This document shows positions 49,748 through 58,612 of a DNA stretch of 64,000 bases, one piece after another. Where the stretch lies: NCBI GenBank assembly GCA_046292385.1, contig JBKBRF010000006.1:137449-201448 (forward strand), given 5' to 3'. The first letter of the stretch is position 1, and each line of letters starts with the position of its first letter. The notes beneath the pieces are model-generated. The model had not been told where the DNA came from and made no database searches. It saw only the letters and a program-made list of their open reading frames with translations. Made by a program: the position numbers and the translations under genes. Origin of the DNA: Armatimonadota bacterium. GTDB taxonomy: Bacteria; Armatimonadota; SYMT01.

Positions 49748-50353
49748 ATACTGTTGTCGAAATCGGGAAGCTGCCTCGGCGCCCCTCTAGCGCGGGTCGC
49801 GAAAGCAAGCGCCAGTTACTGGGAGCAAGCATTCGCACTGCATAGGCCGGACCGTGACAGATCTCCTCTGGTCAAAAGGGAGACTTCCACGGTGCAGTTT
49901 GTGGAGTGCGGTGGCTCGTGTCCACCCACTGAAAAGTTGGTGCGCCCGGAGCGCAGCGTAGGGTTTGCCAGTGAGAACGAGTGGCCCTACCGTCCTCCAC
50001 CCAGTCATCCTGAACGGGGTGAAGGATCTCGGCAGCCGTGCTGGTCGGAAGTACGCAGGCGGGTGACGCGGACTCCGCTGCCGAGGCTCTTCCGCACGCC
50101 AGGCCTGTCGCTCCGATGCAAAGGTGGCGACGTAGATCCTTCATTTCATTCAGGATGACTGGCATGGTAAATCGAAGGCGGCCGGGCTTTTCCCGCCCCT
50201 CCCGAGCGCGGGACGGTGGCAAATCTCACCTGCGCCGACAGCGGCGTAACTTTACAGCGCGCAACACTCGCCACCGCTTCCCCGCTAAGGAAATCCCGCC
50301 GGAGGGCTCGGCCGTCGGTGACCCAGCTGCCCCGCTGATGTCGCCAACAGTAT
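49748..50353. repeat. Composite MITE-like element of the 38247-38440 family, with a nested insertion
   Basis: Terminal inverted repeats ATACTGTTGTCGAAATC / GATGTCGCCAACAGTAT (15/17); left and right parts homologous to 38247-38440. Confidence 0.68.
50004..50159. repeat. 156 bp palindromic MITE/REP-like element, copy 2
   Basis: Same length, ends and internal sequence (GAAGGATCTCGGCAGCCGTGCTGGTC, CTTCCGCACGC, GACGTAGATCCTTC) as 16603-16758. Confidence 0.8.
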
Positions 50354-50373
50354 CCGAATAGGGGTGTTCCTTT

Positions 50374-51282
50374 ATGCCCGAGATTCCGGACCTGGAAGCT
50401 TACCGTCACGCGCTCCGCTCCCGGATGGAGGGGGAGACCTTACTCCGGGTGCGGCTGGGCAGTCCGTTCCTGCTCCGGTCCGTAGAGCCGCCGGTCTCCG
50501 CCTGTGAGGGCCGGGTGGTGCGGGAGGTCCGCCGGCTCGGGAAGAAGCTGGTGCTGGCGCTGGCGGGCGACTACTTCCTGGTGCTGCACCTGATGATCGC
50601 GGGACGGCTGCAGTGGAAGGTCTCCGGGGCGAGGGTGCCGGCGAAGGTGGGGCTGGCGGCGTTCGACTTCCCCACCGGCACGCTCACCCTCACCGAGGCC
50701 GGCACGAAGCGGCGGGCGGCGCTCTACGCCGTGGCGGGGGAGGAAGCGCTGCGGGAGCACGACCGCGGCGGCCTGGAGGTGCAGTCCGCCACGCTGGAGC
50801 AGTTCCTCGCCGTGCTGCACAGCGAGAGTCACACGCTGAAGCGGACGCTGACCGACCCCCGCCTCTTCGCCGGCATCGGAAACGCCTACTCCGACGAGAT
50901 CCTCCACCGCGCCCGTCTCTCTCCGCTGAAGCTGACCGGACGCGTGAGCGACGCGGAAGCCGCACGACTCTATCTTGCCGCGCGCGAGGTGCTCGATTCC
51001 TGGACCGCCGCCCTGATCGCCGAAGCGGGCGACGGCTTTCCGGGGAAGGTCACCGCCTTCCGAGAGGAGATGGCGGTGCACGGCCGCTTCGGCCGGCCGT
51101 GCCCGGACTGCGGCTCTCCGGTGCAGCGAATCGTCTATGCGGAGAACGAGTGCAATTACTGCGCCACCTGCCAGAACGAGGGGCGGATACTTGCCGACCG
51201 TGCCTTCTCCCGGCTCTTACGGGAGGACTGGCCGCGGACCTTCGAGGAGTTGGAGGACCGGCGCGAGCGGCTGCAGCCCTAA
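50374..51282 (+). CDS. Fpg/Nei family DNA glycosylase/AP lyase
   Basis: N-terminal MPEIP, HLMIAGRL, H2TH GIGNAYSDEIL, zinc finger CPDC..CATCQ. Confidence 0.93.
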   Translation: MPEIPDLEAYRHALRSRMEGETLLRVRLGSPFLLRSVEPPVSACEGRVVREVRRLGKKLVLALAGDYFLVLHLMIAGRLQWKVSGARVPAKVGLAAFDFPTGTLTLTEAGTKRRAALYAVAGEEALREHDRGGLEVQSATLEQFLAVLHSESHTLKRTLTDPRLFAGIGNAYSDEILHRARLSPLKLTGRVSDAEAARLYLAAREVLDSWTAALIAEAGDGFPGKVTAFREEMAVHGRFGRPCPDCGSPVQRIVYAENECNYCATCQNEGRILADRAFSRLLREDWPRTFEELEDRRERLQP

Positions 51283-51413
51283 CCCTGCCTGGACTCCAAC
51301 TTTCGGAGTACTGCCAGCCCATTCGCTCCAACTTTCGGCGGATAGTCCCGCCCGCGGCGGCTGCCGATACAAAGCTCGGCGTGGATGCCCGGTCCGGACC
51401 CTCGAGGTGGAGC

Positions 51414-51914
51414 ATGAGACGAGCGAGAACGCGCAGGGGCATGAGCTTCCTGGAGATCATGGCGGGGCTCTTCGTTCTGGCGCTGACGATGGTCACGGCG
51501 ACGGCGCTCTTTCCGCTTAGCTCCCTGCTGCGGGACAAGTCCGGCGGCTACTCCCGGGCCGCTTCGGTGGTGCAGCACAAGCTGGAGCAGCTCCGCGAGC
51601 TGGAAGCGGATCAGCTGACCGCCGCCAACCTGCTGTCGCTCGGGATGATCGACGCGGAGAACGATACGGCCGTCCAGACGGTAGTCGATGAGGCGGGCAT
51701 CTCCAGGCTCTCCTCGCTCCCCCTCACGTTCAACACTGTGGACGAGCTGGCGGACGAGCTGGAGAATGCCTCCGGCACGGTCCAGCTCACCGACGTCGGC
51801 TCCGACCTGGTGCAGGCGGAAGTGGTGCTGACCTGGACCGGGTACCGGGGCACCAGCAACCGCATCGAGGCGACGACCTACGTCGCGGACATTTCCGCCT
51901 GGAGGGAGCCATGA
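51414..51914 (+). CDS. Type IV pilin-like protein (PilV-like)
   Basis: Class III signal RRG|MSFLE followed by a hydrophobic helix. Confidence 0.8.
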   Translation: MRRARTRRGMSFLEIMAGLFVLALTMVTATALFPLSSLLRDKSGGYSRAASVVQHKLEQLRELEADQLTAANLLSLGMIDAENDTAVQTVVDEAGISRLSSLPLTFNTVDELADELENASGTVQLTDVGSDLVQAEVVLTWTGYRGTSNRIEATTYVADISAWREP

Positions 51915-52420
51915 TCCGCTGCCGCTCCCGCCGGGGCATCACCCTGCCCGAAACCGTCATTGTGGCGATCGCGTTCGTGCTGCTGCTCGGGGGGATCATC
52001 ACCCTCGGCTCTACCGCGGCGTCCGAATGGTCGCAGGGCAGCTCCAAGGTGATGGCGGACGATAATGCCAGCCTGACCATGCAGCTCCTGCGACAGGACA
52101 TCCGCCAGGGGATCCGCGCCTCTCTGGGCGCCACTAGCTCGGAGCTGTACGTGGTTCGTCCCGCGGTGAACGCACAGGGCGACTACAACCGCTACGAGGA
52201 AGGCGAGACGGTGCGCTACTACCTGCAGAGCAACAAGGTCTACATGCGGGTAGGCACCGGCAATCCCCGGGAGCTGGGCAGCGGCATCAGCGCGCTCGAG
52301 TTCACGGTCGACGGCCACACCGTGTTCATCGACCTGACCGCGTCCCAGAAGAACGCGATCCACCGCAAGGAGACGGAGCTGCGGTCCGAAGTGACGCTCC
52401 GCAACGGCATCGACCCGTAA
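51911..52420 (+). CDS. Type IV pilin-like protein (PilW-like)
   Basis: RRG|ITLPE prepilin motif; ATGA overlap with the previous gene. Confidence 0.8.
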   Translation: MIRCRSRRGITLPETVIVAIAFVLLLGGIITLGSTAASEWSQGSSKVMADDNASLTMQLLRQDIRQGIRASLGATSSELYVVRPAVNAQGDYNRYEEGETVRYYLQSNKVYMRVGTGNPRELGSGISALEFTVDGHTVFIDLTASQKNAIHRKETELRSEVTLRNGIDP

Positions 52421-52446
52421 CGCTTTCCCCTCGCTGGAGCCCTGAC

Positions 52447-54114
52447 ATGGCACGCAGAACCCGGCGCGGCAGCGCCCTAATCCTTGCGCTCTCGGTGCTG
52501 ATGGTCGTTTTCCTGGCCGGCTCCGCCGTGCTCTCGCTGAGCCTGCAGGCGATGCGGCGCGGCCGCCTGGACGCCCTCCGCGTGAGGGCGATGGCGTTCG
52601 CGGAAGCGGGTGGGGAGAAGGCACTCGACTACCTCCGCCGCACCGCGCCGGACGGCACCACCACCGGCATCTGGCGCACTGCCGGCCATACCGAAGCCGT
52701 CGACGCCGGAGGCGACTACACGATCTCGGTGGCGGACGGCACCGGCGACAACGCGGGCAAGCTGGTGATCACCTCCACCGGCCGCGCCACCGACGGCACG
52801 CTGACCGCGCGCCGCTCGATCCGGGTCACGATCAAGCTGGAGCGGGAGGACGTCTCCGTTTGGAACAACGCCATCTTCGGCGGCGTGGGGCAGGCCGGGC
52901 GGAGCATCAACGGCAACGTGCAGATCCGGGGCAGCGTGCACCTGCTCGGGGATGGGGAAGAGTTCACCGATCTCGACGGCGACCAGCGCTGGGATGCCGG
53001 CGAGCCTTACCTGGACACCAACCGGAACGGCGCCTGGGACCCGGGCGAGCCCTATACCGACATCGACGGGGACGGCCGTCGGGATCCCCGAGAGCCGTTC
53101 CTCGATGTGAACGGCAACGGCACCCGCGACCCCGCTCTAACGGTGACCGACCTGAGCAGCGAGTTCTCCGGCGACGCGAAGATCGGCAACAACTACGCCG
53201 GCATGCCAAGCTCGCTCCGGAGCCTGATTCCCGCGCTCCCCACCACCAGCTTCGAAGGGGAGACGGTAGAGACCCTGAACGCCAAGCTGCGCGTGAAACA
53301 CGGCCGGGTGAACATCTCCGGCTCCGCGACGGCGGGCGATCCGCAGGCGCCCGGCGGCTCCCCGATGGTGAAGGAGACGCTGAACGGCACCTATGTAAAC
53401 GACGGCTGGGGCGGCAACAAGGGCGCCAGCCAGGTCTACTCGGACAACGGCACCAGTACGAAGTACAACCTGGGGAATATGGTCCGGTTCCCCACGCTGA
53501 TCGAGCCGGTGACCAAGAACGGCGTCTCGTATGCCAGCTACATGGACTACCTGCGCGACGCCGGGATGGTGCTGAGCGGCAGCCTGACCATCAAGAAGGG
53601 GACCGCCTACGGCCCCATCTCGGACGGTCGCGGCAACAGCCTTTCGGTCGATACCGCCGGCAACATCGACATCCGCGGCATCGTCTACGTGAACGGCGAC
53701 ATCAAGCTCGAGCGGAACGGCGGCGATCAGTCGATGCGCTACACCGGCCGCGGCACCCTGGTGAGCACCGGCAGCATCTCGATCAGCACGCACCTGGTCC
53801 CGGCCACGGCGTTCTTCCCGCAGCAGAACGTCATCGGGATGATTGCGCGGCGCGACCTGAACCTGGCTACCGGCAGCGGCGACGCGCAACTTTACCTCTC
53901 CGGCGCGTTCTACGCGCAGCAGAAGATCACCAGCGTGAAGCAGAACGAGCTGGTGGGGACCTTCGTCAGCAGCTACTTCGCGATGCAGAACGTGCCCCAC
54001 ATGTACCAGGTGCCCACCCTGCCGGACAACCTGCCGCCGGGGATGCCGGGCTCCGAGCGGATCTGGGTGAAGACGATCCGCGTCGACGGCTGGCGCGAGG
54101 TGGCGAGCTCGTAG
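52447..54114 (+). CDS. PilX-like minor pilin with large C-terminal domain and Ca-binding-like repeats
   Basis: RRG|SALI (no Glu5), AMAFAEAG, ITSTG; four 15 aa repeats of the GEP(F/Y)xDxNxNGxxDP type. Confidence 0.8.
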   Translation: MARRTRRGSALILALSVLMVVFLAGSAVLSLSLQAMRRGRLDALRVRAMAFAEAGGEKALDYLRRTAPDGTTTGIWRTAGHTEAVDAGGDYTISVADGTGDNAGKLVITSTGRATDGTLTARRSIRVTIKLEREDVSVWNNAIFGGVGQAGRSINGNVQIRGSVHLLGDGEEFTDLDGDQRWDAGEPYLDTNRNGAWDPGEPYTDIDGDGRRDPREPFLDVNGNGTRDPALTVTDLSSEFSGDAKIGNNYAGMPSSLRSLIPALPTTSFEGETVETLNAKLRVKHGRVNISGSATAGDPQAPGGSPMVKETLNGTYVNDGWGGNKGASQVYSDNGTSTKYNLGNMVRFPTLIEPVTKNGVSYASYMDYLRDAGMVLSGSLTIKKGTAYGPISDGRGNSLSVDTAGNIDIRGIVYVNGDIKLERNGGDQSMRYTGRGTLVSTGSISISTHLVPATAFFPQQNVIGMIARRDLNLATGSGDAQLYLSGAFYAQQKITSVKQNELVGTFVSSYFAMQNVPHMYQVPTLPDNLPPGMPGSERIWVKTIRVDGWREVASS

Positions 54115-54144
54115 CCCGCTCCGCCGCTCCTGGAGTGGCTCCGG

Positions 54145-54177
54145 CCGGCCGGCGAGGGTACCCTCGCCGGCCGGTTT
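54145..54177 (+). terminator. Intrinsic terminator after the pilin-like operon
   Basis: Perfect 30 bp palindrome CCGGCCGGCGAGGGTACCCTCGCCGGCCGG followed by TTT. Confidence 0.7.
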
Positions 54178-54249
54178 GCGTCTGCGGAGAGAAACCGCGG
54201 CAGGGGAGTTGGGCCTCCGGGGGGAACGCAGTCCCGGCGCAGTGCCGCT

Positions 54250-54279
54250 TTGACACTCGCGATGCCCGAGTGCTAACAT
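54250..54279 (+). promoter_or_regulatory. CIRCE operator overlapping a sigma70 promoter
   Basis: TTGACACTC-N9-GAGTGCTAA (CIRCE consensus TTAGCACTC-N9-GAGTGCTAA) upstream of hrcA; contains TTGACA and TGcTAACAT. Confidence 0.9.
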
Positions 54280-54360
54280 TCGGGTACCGTCAGGCACGAA
54301 TTCAGCCGACGAGACGTACAGTGCTTGCCTGGGGTACAGGGCAGATCGACGACGCTTCCT

Positions 54361-55398
54361 ATGGAGCTTGATCGCAGAAAAGAGAGCATACTGCGGGCGA
54401 TCGTCGTGAACTACGTCCAACGGGCGGAGCCCGTCGGCTCGCACTTCCTCGCCAGCCAGGAACACCTGGGAGTCCGCTCCGCGACGATCCGGAACGAGCT
54501 GGCGGAGATGACCGATCTCGGCTACCTGCGCCAGCCCCACACCTCCGCCGGCCGCATTCCGTCCGACCGCGGCTACCGCTACTACGTCGACCACCTGATG
54601 AGCTGGGAGCGGCTCTCCTCGCCGGACGCGCGCGCCCTGCGCGGCGCGCAGAAGGTGAGCGAAGGGGACCTGGAGCAGCTGCTGCTGCAGACCTGCCGGG
54701 TTCTCTCCAGCCTGACGCGCTACACCGCGATGGCGACCCCGCCCACGGGCGCGGAGCCGGTGATCCGCCAGGTGCACCTGGTCCAGGCGTCACCCAAGCG
54801 CCTGCTAGCGGTGGTGGTGCTGGACAATGGGCAGGTAGTCCACCGGTTCTGTGAGATGGGCCAGGCGCTTTCCCCCGGGCAGGTGGACCAGCTTTCCAAC
54901 ATGCTCGGCGAGCTGCTGCGAGACGTGGAAGCGAGCGGCGCCGGTGCCGTCTCGCTGCCGGAGGAGCTGACGCCCTATCACGAGGAGCTGCGGCTAATCC
55001 TGGCGGCGATCCACCGCGGCATCGAGGGAGAAGAAGGCGACCTTTACCTCGACGGCGCCAGCCATATCCTGGAGCAGCCGGAGTTCCGGGATTCGAACAA
55101 GGTGGAGCCGCTGGTCCGGCTGCTGGAGGCGCGCCGCTCCGCCTTCGAGACGCTGCGCCGGCTTCTGCGCGAGCAGCAGAACGTCACCGTGTCGATCGGG
55201 CAGGAAAACCCGCACGAGGCGATGCAGGAAGTGAGCCTGGTGACCGCGCGCTACGTGGCGGGTCCCAGGATGTACGGATGGGTGGGAGTGCTGGGGCCCA
55301 CCCGCATGCACTACGAGCAGTCGGTTTCGGCGGTGCAATACGCCGCTCGGGTCCTCTCCGAGACGCTGGAGCGGCTATCGCTAGACGAAGCGCCGTAG
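54361..55398 (+). CDS. hrcA: Heat-inducible transcription repressor
   Basis: EPVGS, SATIRNELA, QPHTSAGRIPSDRGYRYYVD, GVLGPTRMHY. Confidence 0.97.
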   Translation: MELDRRKESILRAIVVNYVQRAEPVGSHFLASQEHLGVRSATIRNELAEMTDLGYLRQPHTSAGRIPSDRGYRYYVDHLMSWERLSSPDARALRGAQKVSEGDLEQLLLQTCRVLSSLTRYTAMATPPTGAEPVIRQVHLVQASPKRLLAVVVLDNGQVVHRFCEMGQALSPGQVDQLSNMLGELLRDVEASGAGAVSLPEELTPYHEELRLILAAIHRGIEGEEGDLYLDGASHILEQPEFRDSNKVEPLVRLLEARRSAFETLRRLLREQQNVTVSIGQENPHEAMQEVSLVTARYVAGPRMYGWVGVLGPTRMHYEQSVSAVQYAARVLSETLERLSLDEAP

Positions 55399-55509
55399 CT
55401 GCTCCCCGGCCGCCGCTGCGAGCCCCTTCCGCGGAGAAACCGTTCCGTTCGGGCCGGCCGGGGTAACATGGGTAGGGGGAGACCGGCCCCCCAGCAGCCA
55501 GGTCTTGTA

Positions 55510-56091
55510 ATGAGGTTTCCGAGGATGGGTCGCAGACAGCAGGCACAGGACGAAGAGCTTATCACGGCGGAGGGCGCGGCGGAGTCCGAGGGCGAGGACT
55601 CCGGTGAGGAGACCGCCGCCGCCAGCGAGGCTGGAGGCGATGCGCTGGCTGCCGCGCAGGCCGAAGCGGCCGACTGGAAAGACCGCTACCTGCGGTCGCT
55701 GGCCGACATGGACAACGTCCGCCGCCGGGCGAGGATGGAGGCGGAGGACGCGCGGAAGTTCGCTAACGAGAAGGTGATCTCCGATCTCCTTCCGGTCCTG
55801 GACAACTTCACCCGCGCCCTGGATGCCGCGAGCCAGACCTCCGATCTCGAGGCGCTCCGCAGCGGCGTAGAGCTAATCCACCGGCAGCTCAGCGATGCGC
55901 TGGAGCGGCACGGGCTGGAGCGGATCGAGGCGCTCGGCCAGCCGTTCGATCCGAACCTGCACGAGGCGATCATGCAGGTAGAGGCGTCGGACGGGCAGGA
56001 GCCGCACCAGGTCGTGGAGGAGCTTCGGCCGGGCTATCGCCTGCACGAGCGCGTGGTGCGGCCGTCGCTGGTGAAGGTCACCGCCGGTTAG
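55510..56091 (+). CDS. grpE: Nucleotide exchange factor GrpE
   Basis: ADMDNVRRR, LLPVLDNF, FDPNLHEAI, GYRLHERVVRPSLVKV; start 55510 or 55525. Confidence 0.96.
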   Translation: MRFPRMGRRQQAQDEELITAEGAAESEGEDSGEETAAASEAGGDALAAAQAEAADWKDRYLRSLADMDNVRRRARMEAEDARKFANEKVISDLLPVLDNFTRALDAASQTSDLEALRSGVELIHRQLSDALERHGLERIEALGQPFDPNLHEAIMQVEASDGQEPHQVVEELRPGYRLHERVVRPSLVKVTAG

Positions 56092-56117
56092 CTCCGGGGC
56101 CGGTAATCCGAAGAGCG

Positions 56118-56146
56118 AGAGGCGAGGGCTCAACCCCCTCGCCTCT
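56118..56146. terminator. Hairpin between convergent grpE and kinase genes
   Basis: AGAGGCGAGGG / CCCTCGCCTCT 11 bp stem. Confidence 0.65.
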
Positions 56147-56151
56147 TCTGC

Positions 56152-58599
56152 TCAGTGGCCCTCGGGCGGAGCCGGGGCTACGCGGAAGGCCTGGAGGACG
56201 CGGTGGAGCTCTTCCGGGTCGACCGGCTTTACGAGGTGCCGGTCGAATCCGGCGGCGAGGGCGCGGTCGCGATCCTCCGGCGTGCCGTAGCCGGTGAGCG
56301 CCACCAGGAAGATCTCCCGGCCCACCTCGACACCTCGGATCGCCTGCGCTACTTCGTACCCGGTGAGCCCTGGAAGCCCGATGTCGATCAGGGCGGCGTC
56401 CGGGCGCAGCTCCTGGGCCAGCAGCACGCCGGAGCGCCCTTCCGAAGCGGTGTCGACGCGGTAGCCCATCAGCTCCAGGAGATCTCGCATCGTCTCCCGA
56501 GCGTCTTCGTTGTCTTCCACCAGCAGCACGTGCCGGACCGCCCGCTCTCCCGAGCCGCGCCCACCGTTCTTCGGCTCATCGAGGGGCAGCTCCAGCACTG
56601 GGCCGGTGGAAAGCGGCAGGCGCACGTCGAACTCACTCCCGCGGCCGGAACCCTCGCTGACCACGCCGACGGTCCCACCGTGCAGCTCGGCCAGGTTGCG
56701 GACGAGCGTAAGGCCCAGGCCGAGACCACCTGCCGACCGGTCGAGCGCCTGCGCGCCCTGGGCGAACGGATCGAAGACGCGGCGCAGCATCTCCGGAGAG
56801 ATGCCGATCCCGGTGTCGCGGACGACGATCGACGCGGCCGCCGTGGAAGAGCGGTCCGGCAGGGTGCTCCGCCGCACCGCCACCCGGATCTCGCCACCGG
56901 GCTCCGTGTACTTGGCGGCGTTGTTCAGCAGGTTGGAGACCACCTGTTCCAGGCGGGTCGGATCGGCGTCGACCCAGAGCGCCGTCTCCGGCAGCTCCAG
57001 ATCGAGACGATGACCCCGCTCTTCCAGCAGGCTGCGGCAGCTTTCTACGGCGTGCCGAACCGCCTGCGCCACGTCGACCGGCTCCCGGCGCAGCTCGATC
57101 TTCCCCCTGCTGATCCGCGAGACGTCGAGGAGGTCGTCGACCAGCCGGCCGAGGTGCCCGAGCTGGCGCGCCACGGTTTCCCGGTGCTGTGTCTCCTGAT
57201 CGCTCTGGGAGCCGATCCGCGCGAGGATGTGGAGGGCATTGTTGATCGCGCCCAGCGGATTGCGCAGCTCATGCGCCAGCATCGCCAGGAAGTCGTCCTT
57301 TCGCTGATCCGCCTCCGCCAGCTCCTCGGCGCGCTGCTTCAACTCCCCGATCAACCGGGTGCGGTCGACCGCCATCGCGACCTGGTCGCAGAGGGTCTGG
57401 ACCAGCGCCAGGTCGTCCGGATCGAAGCGGTCGCAGCGGCGCGACCCGAACGAGAACGTGCCCATGAGCTGCCCGTGCGCGAGCAGCGGGTAGCAGGCGT
57501 AAGCGGAGACGCCAAACGAGCGGATCAGCTCCACGTCCGGCAGGCCGGGTCCGGCCCCGGCCGCTCCGTCGGCGGAGGTGCTCGTCGTATCGCTCCGCGC
57601 CATCACACCTAACGGAATGACGCCGATGCGCTCCGCCGTGATCGGGTCGAGGCCGTAGTGGGAGGCCAGAACAAAGCTGTGGGCGTCCGGCGAGACGAGG
57701 TAGTTGAGATAGATGTCGAGGTGGAGGTACTCGCCGACCCGCCGGTAGAGCTCCGCGATCCAGTTCTCGGGAGCGTCACCCAGCAGCAGGACGCTGGCCG
57801 CTTCGGAGAGGAGCTTGAGGCGGTCGCTGCGGGCCTGCAGCGTCTCCGCAGCGCGCTTTCGCTCGGTGATCTCCGAGAGGATGCAGACCGATCCGCTCGG
57901 CTGCCCGGTATCGCTCGCAATCGCGTCGGCGGTGATGCGGTACCAGCGCTCGCCCAGGCGCACCTGCCGCGTCTCGCGCGCCAGCTCTTCCGGCAGGCTG
58001 AGCCCGGGCAGATCGTCACCGGCGCGAAGCTGCTGGAGCAGGAGCTCGAACGGCTTCCCTTCCGCGTCCGCGGGGGAGGGGAGCTGCAGCATCCCTGCGG
58101 CGGCCCGGTTGCACCGGCGAATGAATCCCCGGCCGTCCAGCAGGCAGACCCCGTCCGAGATGGCGTCGAAAGTCTGCTGCCACTGGCTCGCCAGCGCCCG
58201 GGCCTCTTCCTCCGCCGTGCGGATCCGGAGCAGCGCGCGGACCGTTGCCAGCAGCTCCGTCGGCTCTACCGGCAGCGTCAGGTACGCGTCGGCGCCGCTG
58301 TCGAGGCCGTGGACGCGGTCTTGCAGGTCCGTCGCCAGCCCGGAGAGGTGCAGGACCGCGGTGGCAGCGGTTTCGGGATTGCTCTTGATCCGGCGGCAGA
58401 TCTCGAAGCCGTCCAGGTCCGGCAGGTTGATGTCCAGGATCATCAGATCCGGGTTCTTTTCCGCCAGCGCCAGCGCTTCCTCACCCGTACCCGCCTCGTA
58501 GACCTCGAAACCGGCCCGGCGCAGGATGCGGGCGACCGCATAGCGGTTCGACTGGTTGTCATCCACCGTAACGATGATCGTGGGCGGCGTCTCGGGCAT
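56152..58599 (-). CDS. Hybrid sensor histidine kinase (REC-PAS-GAF-HisKA-HATPase-REC)
   Basis: N-terminal receiver (VDD, LDINLP), AHELRNPL, NLLNNAAKY, DTGIGI, GLGLGL, C-terminal receiver (IDIGLPG, KP). Confidence 0.93.
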   Translation of the reverse strand: MPETPPTIIVTVDDNQSNRYAVARILRRAGFEVYEAGTGEEALALAEKNPDLMILDINLPDLDGFEICRRIKSNPETAATAVLHLSGLATDLQDRVHGLDSGADAYLTLPVEPTELLATVRALLRIRTAEEEARALASQWQQTFDAISDGVCLLDGRGFIRRCNRAAAGMLQLPSPADAEGKPFELLLQQLRAGDDLPGLSLPEELARETRQVRLGERWYRITADAIASDTGQPSGSVCILSEITERKRAAETLQARSDRLKLLSEAASVLLLGDAPENWIAELYRRVGEYLHLDIYLNYLVSPDAHSFVLASHYGLDPITAERIGVIPLGVMARSDTTSTSADGAAGAGPGLPDVELIRSFGVSAYACYPLLAHGQLMGTFSFGSRRCDRFDPDDLALVQTLCDQVAMAVDRTRLIGELKQRAEELAEADQRKDDFLAMLAHELRNPLGAINNALHILARIGSQSDQETQHRETVARQLGHLGRLVDDLLDVSRISRGKIELRREPVDVAQAVRHAVESCRSLLEERGHRLDLELPETALWVDADPTRLEQVVSNLLNNAAKYTEPGGEIRVAVRRSTLPDRSSTAAASIVVRDTGIGISPEMLRRVFDPFAQGAQALDRSAGGLGLGLTLVRNLAELHGGTVGVVSEGSGRGSEFDVRLPLSTGPVLELPLDEPKNGGRGSGERAVRHVLLVEDNEDARETMRDLLELMGYRVDTASEGRSGVLLAQELRPDAALIDIGLPGLTGYEVAQAIRGVEVGREIFLVALTGYGTPEDRDRALAAGFDRHLVKPVDPEELHRVLQAFRVAPAPPEGH

Positions 58600-58612
58600 G
58601 GGGAATGTCTTA

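Noticed and set aside
49754..50361. Short ORFs at 49754-50361 and 38121-38470 that share peptide similarity (VECGGS)
   Set aside because: The similarity comes from the shared non-coding repeat element, not from a protein family
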